Below the pieces are notes generated by a model. It made no database searches and was not told where the DNA came from. It saw only the letters and a list, made by a program, of their open reading frames with translations. A stretch of 29,431 nt of DNA, taken from an archaeon (lineage in GTDB: Archaea; Asgardarchaeota; Thorarchaeia; Thorarchaeales; Thorarchaeaceae). Shown piece by piece: positions 18,821 through 26,300 of this stretch. Position 1 is the first letter of the stretch. The number at the start of each line of letters is the position of its first letter. The DNA is taken from NCBI GenBank assembly GCA_024276825.1, contig JAJRWI010000002.1:1-29431 (forward strand). Direction: 5' to 3'. The position numbers were made by a program, and so were the translations under genes.

Positions 18821-19562
18821 AATAGTCAGCATTCATAGTTTTAGAGGCGGAACGGGCAAAAGCAATATTGCAGCCAATTTGGCAGCGATTGCTGCCCTTG
18901 ATGGAAAACGTGTGGCAGTTATAGACACTGATGTAGCAAGTCCAGGTATACATGTGATTTTTGGCTTGGGTCGCGAAAAGATTGAGCATACACTAAACGA
19001 TTATCTTAGGGGAGAGTGCGAGATCACTGATGCATGTATTGATATGACTTCGCGTCTTGGCATTAAATCAGGAAAGCTCTTTCTCATCCCAAGCTCAATG
19101 TCAGCAACAGACATCACAAGGATTCTACGAGAAGGCTATGAAGTAAGTGATCTGAAGAATGGATTTAATGAGATAATAAAGGCTAGGAATCTGGACTACT
19201 TGATTATCGATACCCATCCCGGTCTTGATAGGGAAACACTATTGTCCATGGCAACAGCTGATTACCTGTTTGTCGTAGCAAGGGTCGATCAGCAAGACCT
19301 TCTGGGCACAGCTGCAACTCTAAGTGTTGCAAGAAAACTGCAGGTCCCTGAGATTAGAATAGTAATAAACAAGAAGCCTTCAATCTATGAGGATGATAAG
19401 ATTATCAAGACTGTGGAAGAAAAATTCAAGGCCAAGGTAGTTTCTGTAATTCCATTATTGCCCCTCTTAATTGAAGCAGGGTCCAGATATATCATTGTCC
19501 TAAAACACCCAGATAACCTGTTTACCCGATGTATTGAAGATATCTATCAAATCATGAAATAG
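18810..19562 (+). CDS. MinD/ParA family (SIMIBI) ATPase
   Basis: Deviant Walker A 'SFRGGTGKS', 'VIDTDVASPG', 'LFLIPSS', 'DYLIIDTHPG' and 'VINK'. GTG start overlaps the upstream gene by 11 nt. Confidence 0.9.
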   Translation: MSGKIVSIHSFRGGTGKSNIAANLAAIAALDGKRVAVIDTDVASPGIHVIFGLGREKIEHTLNDYLRGECEITDACIDMTSRLGIKSGKLFLIPSSMSATDITRILREGYEVSDLKNGFNEIIKARNLDYLIIDTHPGLDRETLLSMATADYLFVVARVDQQDLLGTAATLSVARKLQVPEIRIVINKKPSIYEDDKIIKTVEEKFKAKVVSVIPLLPLLIEAGSRYIIVLKHPDNLFTRCIEDIYQIMK

Positions 19563-19756
19563 GATTAAATACAAGAAGCAGCGCAAGTATTAGAATAATA
19601 AGGCATAGTAGCAGACATAAGATCAGCAACATGTCTTCTGAAGATTGGCGACGTGACACTTTTATCAGATAATACAACCATATTAAATCAGATAAGCCCT
19701 TTGCTAGTTGAACATTGTATCGGCAATTTTGCTCTACTGCGATGGAGGCCGACCTT

Positions 19757-20194
19757 TTGGAAATCGAAGTCAGACTTGCAACTGCTCGCGATAGAAAAGC
19801 GCTTGATGAGTTCTATGCTCGAGAGGGGATGAGTTTCAAGACCATTTCAACTCGAGCCGCGTGCTATGGTTCTACAGAAACGATGTTCATTGTCGCAGCA
19901 ATGGATGATATTGTAGTAGCAGCAATGAAGCTTGATATCGCACGAGACCCGTCTCTTGGAAAAGTCGGGTACATCCAGTATTTTGAAATTGAAGACAAGC
20001 TTGAGAGCACCGATCTTGGCCAACGCATGCTCGACAAGGTCATAGAGATTGCTAAAGATAAGAATCTCAGTGCACTTGATACAATGGTCAAAGAAGACCG
20101 TGATGACCTCATCTCAATTTGCCTTGACAAGCTCTTTGAGATTGACCACAAAGAAGTCTATCTTCGCAGAAAGTTCAAGACCTCGATATTCTAA
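19757..20194 (+). CDS. GNAT-fold protein with a degenerate acetyl-CoA-binding motif
   Basis: 'IEVRLATARD', 'MFIVAAMDDIVVAAM', 'VGYIQYFEIED...LGQRMLDKVIEIAK'. Likely TTG start at 19757 after GGAGG; ATG 19742 is an alternative. Confidence 0.72.
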   Translation: MEIEVRLATARDRKALDEFYAREGMSFKTISTRAACYGSTETMFIVAAMDDIVVAAMKLDIARDPSLGKVGYIQYFEIEDKLESTDLGQRMLDKVIEIAKDKNLSALDTMVKEDRDDLISICLDKLFEIDHKEVYLRRKFKTSIF

Positions 20195-20510
20195 GAAACC
20201 TCCACCCTTGTAATCTTATCGACTTCAACATTTCTTAAATTCTTAAGAAAGGCCAATAATATGTCGTTTAAGACATTGTTTGTGAACTTGTTCAATGGAA
20301 CCTTTTTGCCATTCACTATCAGTTCGATTTTCGGCAATTTGAATCACCATTCTTGAAGGACACATGCCTAATTTTCTATCTTGTGGAATGAGCAACCGCT
20401 TTTTTTATACTGGTTTTCTTATGCTTAGCGCACTCCGAATGCCTTTTATATGGGGCACTTTCAAAACCACAACAGGACAGATGACCATCAAACTAGTGAG
20501 GATAATAGAG

Positions 20511-22460
20511 ATGGCTCAAGCAATTTCAGGAATATTGTCACAGAGATCAGCCGATGGTGAACCGTACGAGCCAATCGGCAAGGTCTCAAGTATTGGTGCT
20601 ATTTTAGGAATAATCGCAGCGATAATCGGATTGGTGCTGAGTGGCGGGTACTCTTTGATTCCAATGCCCTCAATTGGAGCTTTGGTCTTGAAGAACTCTA
20701 GTCACTATTTTGCTTCAGCAATCTTTCTCGCATTGCTGTCAATCGGTCTGCTGATTCAAGCAATTGGCTCCAAGAACCTACGAAACTACCTTGGTTCTGG
20801 TCTACCAAATATCATTCTTATTACTGCGATAATCGGCCTGATATCTGCGTTCTTTGTGATTGACGGAGGACTGAATTGGCATAAGCCACATGAAGTCATT
20901 GCATATGTGGTTCACAGTATGTCATTAGGCGCATTTTTTGTAGTCACATGGCAGATAACATCAGTTATCTACATTGACTCGGACAAATCGATAATTGGAT
21001 TTATTGCTGGTATGTTCAATGCATTGTTCGTGCCAATTCTTGCCATTGGACAGGCTATGGTCTTCATTGATGCATCAAATGTCATGATTGTCTACATTGC
21101 ATATCTTATACTACTTATTGGACAGATCTTCACATTTCTCTATTGGAGAGCTCCTATCAATAATCTTCGTGAATATGTTCGCAGTACTAGATTTGCAAAA
21201 ATAGGATTCTCCATAACTGGCCTAATTGTATTTTTCCTCGGATTATTTGCCATATTCAGTTCAACCGCCATTAAGGAAGGCTTCGCAATCTGGTTCCCAT
21301 GGGACACAATGGTATCCACGACAGAGTTTCTCACCCAGCCAGCAATTATCTATGGATTATTGGCACTGATGATTTACTGGGTGTTGTTGGCCCCACGACT
21401 TGGCGCTAGAGAGCAGAAGGAAACGCAATTAGGCGAAGACATTGTGAAGGGTGGTGCCAAGTGGTTCATGATATTCCTTGGATTTTTTGGAATCTTTGCC
21501 ACAAGCCAAGCTGGCACGATGGTTGAAAATGTTATTGGTGGCTGGGGCGGCTTCATGGTGCTCTGCCCTGCAGCAATAATATTTATCATGGGGGCACTAT
21601 ATGCCGAACAGACTGATATTGTCACAGGCCTGCCAATGGTTCTTGCAGCTATTTTCCTTATGGTCCATCCATTTGTTCTCTCACAGTTTATCCTCATCCC
21701 ATGGACACTGATTATTATTAGCCAGATCTTCTTGCTTTTTGAAGTAATAAAAAGAGGTCTTGGACAGTTCTCACAGCCACAACTTACCGTTTTTGTGACA
21801 GTCATTAGCTCATTTGTGTTTGTGCTTTTCATTCTTGGGCTATTTGGAAGTGGTCCTGCTGCAATTTGGCCTGTGAATCGCTGGTTCCCAATTGCATTGT
21901 TTTCAGACATACCTATTGATGTCCAGATACCCACAATACTCGCACTGCCAATAGCCGCACTTCTTATTCGAAATGTGGCGCTGGTTGGTTTTGCAAAAGG
22001 TCGCGGACAAGTTGGAGCGGGTGTGCTTGGAGGAATGTCAATACTGTTTGCATTCTTGATACCAATGATTGGTGATCCATCAGCCTCAATAACCCACAAG
22101 GCCCTAACTGCAGCCTCAATAATGCTGGCATTATATGCAGTTAGCTTTGTGCTCGTACTTTCAATAAATATGAATCTTGCACATGATGTCGAGAACACGG
22201 GCAATCCATATGAAGGCATGCTGGTCAGAATGAGTTCTATTGTAGGAGTTATTCTGGGTGCTATCATTGCAACAATTGTGATGATAGTATTCTCTGGCTT
22301 CCCCTCTCCAACTGACATTGGCATGATGCTGATGCTCTTGGTGACCCTGATTGTGAGCCTAGAGATTCTCAACTTCATTAGTTGGGCAATCATTGGCGTC
22401 AGACTGGGAATGCTGAGAAGCGGTTGGAGCTTCAAGCGAGTCCAGTTTACAGAACGTTAA
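20511..22460 (+). CDS. Large polytopic membrane protein of unknown function (~18 TM)
   Basis: Continuously hydrophobic ORF. Likely ATG at 20511 after GTGAGG, with TATA-like TTTTATA near 20444-20450. Confidence 0.7.
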   Translation: MAQAISGILSQRSADGEPYEPIGKVSSIGAILGIIAAIIGLVLSGGYSLIPMPSIGALVLKNSSHYFASAIFLALLSIGLLIQAIGSKNLRNYLGSGLPNIILITAIIGLISAFFVIDGGLNWHKPHEVIAYVVHSMSLGAFFVVTWQITSVIYIDSDKSIIGFIAGMFNALFVPILAIGQAMVFIDASNVMIVYIAYLILLIGQIFTFLYWRAPINNLREYVRSTRFAKIGFSITGLIVFFLGLFAIFSSTAIKEGFAIWFPWDTMVSTTEFLTQPAIIYGLLALMIYWVLLAPRLGAREQKETQLGEDIVKGGAKWFMIFLGFFGIFATSQAGTMVENVIGGWGGFMVLCPAAIIFIMGALYAEQTDIVTGLPMVLAAIFLMVHPFVLSQFILIPWTLIIISQIFLLFEVIKRGLGQFSQPQLTVFVTVISSFVFVLFILGLFGSGPAAIWPVNRWFPIALFSDIPIDVQIPTILALPIAALLIRNVALVGFAKGRGQVGAGVLGGMSILFAFLIPMIGDPSASITHKALTAASIMLALYAVSFVLVLSINMNLAHDVENTGNPYEGMLVRMSSIVGVILGAIIATIVMIVFSGFPSPTDIGMMLMLLVTLIVSLEILNFISWAIIGVRLGMLRSGWSFKRVQFTER

Positions 22461-22475
22461 CCTCACTAGTCTAAA

Positions 22476-23246
22476 GTGATTGCATTGGTTCCCGATATCC
22501 GCGGCTTGGAAACGCGGGTAGACGGTGCCAATGCCTCACTCCTCTTAATTCATGGACTCTTCAGCTTTCCTGAGGAAATGGAAACTCTTGCATTATTTTT
22601 GAATAAGCATGGTTTTAGCACATTCATTCCACAACTAGCTGGCCATGGTACTGCTCCAGAAGACTTAGCAAGAACAAAGTATGAAGATCTATATGATATG
22701 GTAATTAGCGCTTTCAATTACATAAAAAGCTGGCATTCCAAATTCCTTTTTGTAGTTGGTTTCAGTCTGGGTGGTGCACTGGCCATCAGACTTGCAGTCG
22801 ACCGGTCTGAGTTTGATGGACTCGTGCTTATTGCTCCAATGATTAAGATTCGCAGCTCTATGATCAAATTAATTCCATTGTTAAAGCATCTTGTAAAATA
22901 CAAAAGTGTTGATCTCGAAGAGAATCAGCGAACTCATGGTTATGATATTCCAAGAAGGAGATATGATCGTGAGCCATTGTCAGCAATCCATGAGGCTTAC
23001 CGAATCACAAAAGATATTCAACATTATATTTCAAGAGTTGATGTCCCTGTTTGTGTAATCCAAGGAACTGCTGACAAGACAATCAATCCAGAGAGCGTCT
23101 ATCTAGCATTTGACAAGTTTGGATCAACTGACAAGGAACTTCACCGAATAGAGAATGCCCCTCATGTGATTCCGTGTCATCCATCGAGAGATGAGGCCTA
23201 TTCATTAATCCTAGATTTCATCAAGAGGATCATGAATACATATTGA
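22476..23246 (+). CDS. Alpha/beta hydrolase (carboxylesterase/monoacylglycerol lipase-like)
   Basis: 'LLIHGL', 'LAGHGT', nucleophile elbow GFSLGG, 'IQGTADKTI' (Asp) and 'NAPHVI' (His). Confidence 0.88.
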   Translation: MIALVPDIRGLETRVDGANASLLLIHGLFSFPEEMETLALFLNKHGFSTFIPQLAGHGTAPEDLARTKYEDLYDMVISAFNYIKSWHSKFLFVVGFSLGGALAIRLAVDRSEFDGLVLIAPMIKIRSSMIKLIPLLKHLVKYKSVDLEENQRTHGYDIPRRRYDREPLSAIHEAYRITKDIQHYISRVDVPVCVIQGTADKTINPESVYLAFDKFGSTDKELHRIENAPHVIPCHPSRDEAYSLILDFIKRIMNTY

Positions 23247-23247
23247 A

Positions 23248-23952
23248 TCAACCTTTTAACAAAAACTCATCAAGAACATTGACTGCATGTCCGGGCATGT
23301 CTGTAATTATTCCATCTACGCCAAGCACAAAGAATTCTCTCATTATCTCTTTATCATTGATAGTCCATGGGAAGACCTTGAGACCCTGCTGATGTGCCTC
23401 TTCAATAAGCCCAGCAGTTGTGATAAGGAATAAAGGATTAATAGCATCAGCATTGAGGTTCTTGGCATACTGAACAACATTTTCAATCTCTGAATTGAAC
23501 AAGACTGCAATGACTGCATTTGGTTCTAGTACTTTGATAATGCTAAGGCTTGAATGAAAGAATGATGAGAAGATCACTTCATCCAGCATATCTCGTTCTC
23601 TAACTAGTTTGAGTAATTGTTCTTCGACATCAGGAACTTTAATCTCTATGTTAACCCCAATTCTTCCCTTTGCAAAGTCTAGGACCTCCGAAAGAAGTGG
23701 GATCGTCTGCCCCCTTCCTGTGTCAAGCGATTTGATCTCTTCAAGGGTCATCTCACAGACTTGTCCTGAACCATTAGTGGTCCTATCAACCTCATAATCA
23801 TGAATGCAAACAAGATGCCCATCTTTTGTCATTTGTACATCGAGTTCAACCATGTCCGCACCCATTCTAAGAGCAGTTTCAAAGGATTGCAGAGTGTTCT
23901 CAGGAGCGTGAGCCGCTGCTCCTCGATGGCCAATAATAATGATGTCTCTCAA
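23248..23952 (-). CDS. Glycerophosphodiester phosphodiesterase (GDPD)
   Basis: 'IGHRGAAAHAPENTL', 'VELDVQMTKDG', 'IHDYEVDRTT', 'NIEIK', 'WTIND' and 'GVDGIITD'. Confidence 0.93.
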   Translation of the reverse strand: MRDIIIIGHRGAAAHAPENTLQSFETALRMGADMVELDVQMTKDGHLVCIHDYEVDRTTNGSGQVCEMTLEEIKSLDTGRGQTIPLLSEVLDFAKGRIGVNIEIKVPDVEEQLLKLVRERDMLDEVIFSSFFHSSLSIIKVLEPNAVIAVLFNSEIENVVQYAKNLNADAINPLFLITTAGLIEEAHQQGLKVFPWTINDKEIMREFFVLGVDGIITDMPGHAVNVLDEFLLKG

Positions 23953-24254
23953 GATCTAACATCATCCTCCCTTGCGAGACCACTGCCTCCACATCGTGGG
24001 CAAACCTCTTCCTCATCTGCCCCCATAATGCGTCCAGTCCCATTGCAATAGTAGCACTCCTCTGTTGGGGTGTCAATTGTTCTGTCAAAGTTTTTGGCCA
24101 TTGCACTACCAATTCCGATAAAAACAACAGCAATGAACATGAGAATCAATGAGATGAAGTAGAATTCAGTTACTGGCAAGAGAAACATAAAGGCCCCGAT
24201 AAACAGCAATGCTCCTATTATTACTATTAAAATGCCATTTCTTTTCCTGTCCAT
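23949..24254 (-). CDS. Small 2-TM membrane protein with a C-terminal DnaJ-type zinc-finger pair (CxxCxGxG x2)
   Basis: MDRKRNG followed by two TM helices, then CYYCNGTG...CPRCGGSG. GGGGTG SD before ATG 24254. Overlaps the GDPD start by 4 nt. Confidence 0.72.
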   Translation of the reverse strand: MDRKRNGILIVIIGALLFIGAFMFLLPVTEFYFISLILMFIAVVFIGIGSAMAKNFDRTIDTPTEECYYCNGTGRIMGADEEEVCPRCGGSGLAREDDVRS

Positions 24255-24585
24255 TTGATGCACCCCGTTGTTAGAAGAGAGAATTCTTCCTTGAATGTGT
24301 TTCTGTTTCAATCAGCCCTTGTTTTATGCGTTTTGGGGCGTCGTATGATGAATTCAATCTGGTTATCGGCAGTGATTTTTGTAATGCGGACATTGAAAAG
24401 CCACCTTTTATTCCCTATATGCCTTAGTAATTCTCAGAATTACCTTTGGCATTGATCTTCATTATGATTCGATGTCATCATTGGTCTGTTTTTGCATCGC
24501 ACTTTTTTATTTTGAATATGCAACTTTGGATTCAGTAAATGTTGCTATGAATCGCATGTGTCAAATAAGGAGAAAGAGTATGACT

Positions 24586-24610
24586 CCAGAAGAGAACACA
24601 AGTCTTCTGG
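24586..24610 (-). terminator. Putative tbp terminator hairpin
   Basis: Perfect 8-bp inverted repeat CCAGAAGA/TCTTCTGG 10 nt after the tbp stop, followed on the minus strand by a pyrimidine-rich tract. Confidence 0.5.
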
Positions 24611-24620
24611 CAGTAAACGT

Positions 24621-25220
24621 TTACTCTTCCCACTCATCATCTTCTGACCAATCTTCGCCCTCAGGTATTCTCATAACACCCAGTTCAAGAAGTCTATCCA
24701 TGACCTTCAGAGCTGCCTCATCAATCTGAGACTCGAATTTAGCACCTGTAATGACAAGTTTTCCTGATCCAAACAGAAGGATTACAACCTTGGGGTCACG
24801 CATCCTATAAATAAGTCCTGGAAACTGTTCTGGCTCATAAAGTGTATTTTCAAGTTTCATCGCCGCAAGTTCAAGGTTTAGTTCTGCTCCAAGACTAGCA
24901 CTCGCAACAATATTCTGGACCACAATGATTGGTTTTCCCGTGATCTCTATCCCTGCTTCACGAATGTTCTTTACAATCTTATGAACTGCCCTCTTGGCCT
25001 CTTTCTCACTTTTCGCACCCGTGCAGACCATCTTACCACTATTGAAGATCAATGTGGCTGTCTTTGGTTTCTTAAGTCGATAGACAAGGCCTGGAAATTG
25101 CTCCGGATCAAACTCAACATTTGGCATGGTTGCAGCAATTTCATCAAGATCAAGTCGTTGATTCAGAATCACGGAAGCTACAACATTCTCTATCCTAGTC
25201 TTTGGCTTCGGCTTTGGCAA
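24621..25220 (-). CDS. tbp: TATA-box-binding protein
   Basis: Two direct repeats, 'IENVVAS...FDPEQFPGLVYRL..PK...LIFNSGKMVCTGAK' and 'VQNIVAS...YEPEQFPGLIYRM..PK...LLFGSGKLVITGAK', plus an acidic C-terminal tail. TTG start. Confidence 0.98.
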   Translation of the reverse strand: MPKPKPKTRIENVVASVILNQRLDLDEIAATMPNVEFDPEQFPGLVYRLKKPKTATLIFNSGKMVCTGAKSEKEAKRAVHKIVKNIREAGIEITGKPIIVVQNIVASASLGAELNLELAAMKLENTLYEPEQFPGLIYRMRDPKVVILLFGSGKLVITGAKFESQIDEAALKVMDRLLELGVMRIPEGEDWSEDDEWEE

Positions 25221-25235
25221 AGTAAAATCCCCTTC

Positions 25236-25292
25236 TTTATATAGCTTAGGAGGGTCTTTTATAATGTCCTTTTAAACATGTCGACGTGTTTA
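25236..25292. promoter_or_regulatory. Divergent promoter region with three TATA-like elements and a 20-bp near-palindrome
   Basis: TTTATATA (25236-43), TTTTATAA (25257-64), TTTTAAA (25270-76) and TAAACATGTCGACGTGTTTA (25273-92). Confidence 0.5.
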
Positions 25293-25385
25293 TCGAGTAA
25301 TGCAGGTTTTGTAGGCTTTCAGAATCAAGGACAAGAGATAATAGAATCCTTGCCATCATTTGAAGCATAGCGAGTTGGTCGAATC

Positions 25386-26300
25386 ATGTCGCGAGACCTG
25401 TTTTCACGTTATACGCAGCTGTATCAAAAGTCAAGAGCTCGGGAGATCATTCCTGAGGGTCCCTTTGTAAGACAACTTACAGATGTCCCCCGCTTAGGTC
25501 TTGATGTCAGTGTCTTCTTCAAAGCAAAACGTGTGAAGAATCCAAGACAGGTCTATCTTGGAAGGCCAATACCAATAGAGGTTGCCAAGCGAACCGGCTT
25601 TCTCGAAACATCTGATAATACCTTCTTTTCAAGAGATTTGATCACCAACATGAAAGGCCTTCAATATCTACGTGTGGTCATAGCAGCAGGAAGGCATTTG
25701 ACTGAAATCCCTGAGCGCGTTCAGTTCCTGAAGCAATGTCAGAGAATAATTGATGTGATTGCGAGAAAGGCACGAAATGTGGCACATCAAGGTGATTTTG
25801 AAGCATTCAGGTTTGATAAGAAGATCTATACACTTGAGGAGTATCTGAAGAAACACACCAAGCTTGATGAGGTGGGAATTGAAGCGGCCTCAATCTCGTT
25901 TATTGAAGCAAGGCCAGACTATATCTACATGCCCGATGGCGAGATCATTGTATTCAATAATGACTACAGTGTGCCTCATGGTGTCTATTATTTCGCTGGT
26001 GGCATTGGATATTCATTTGACAGACAAGAAGGGGCGGCAACTGAGGAGAGGGTGTTCCGTGCGGCTACCGATCTGAGTTCATTTGGCATTGATGATGCAT
26101 ATCTTGAGAGTATGATGCTTAGAGTCACTGAGGACTTTCAAACACGCGTTCATTCCGTTATTTTTGCTGATGTCTGGAAAAAAGCTGGAAAGCGACCAAT
26201 TGGTGTCAATTTCAGGAAAAATCTGTTTATCAAAGCTGAGCCTTCCAGTGAGATCTGGCTGGGAATCTTTGAGATATATCTTGCCTCACCTAAAGCATAA
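25386..26300 (+). CDS. Hypothetical soluble protein (304 aa)
   Basis: Long ORF with ordinary composition, divergent from tbp. No motif recognised. Confidence 0.7.
   Translation: MSRDLFSRYTQLYQKSRAREIIPEGPFVRQLTDVPRLGLDVSVFFKAKRVKNPRQVYLGRPIPIEVAKRTGFLETSDNTFFSRDLITNMKGLQYLRVVIAAGRHLTEIPERVQFLKQCQRIIDVIARKARNVAHQGDFEAFRFDKKIYTLEEYLKKHTKLDEVGIEAASISFIEARPDYIYMPDGEIIVFNNDYSVPHGVYYFAGGIGYSFDRQEGAATEERVFRAATDLSSFGIDDAYLESMMLRVTEDFQTRVHSVIFADVWKKAGKRPIGVNFRKNLFIKAEPSSEIWLGIFEIYLASPKA

Noticed and set aside
18810-19562. Calling the ATPase a bona fide minD or parA division/partition gene
   Set aside because: No minC, minE, parB or segB neighbour and no clear amphipathic tail, so only a family-level call is supported.
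20231-20250. Inverted repeat TTTCTTAA-N4-TTAAGAAA after the GNAT gene
   Set aside because: AT-rich and plausibly chance or a weak terminator, with no second copy seen.
20364-20510. N-terminal extension of the 698-aa ORF
   Set aside because: The region contains TATA-like tracts, and an SD-like motif precedes ATG 20511, so it is probably promoter/UTR.
21374-22435. 353-aa antisense ORF
   Set aside because: Lies wholly opposite the hydrophobic membrane-protein gene. Such stop-poor shadows are typical and it has no motifs.
24344-24396. Possible C/D box sRNA (ATGATGA...GTGATTT...TTGA) in the gap downstream of tbp
   Set aside because: Only the C box is canonical. D, D' and C' are degenerate and there is no clear terminal stem.
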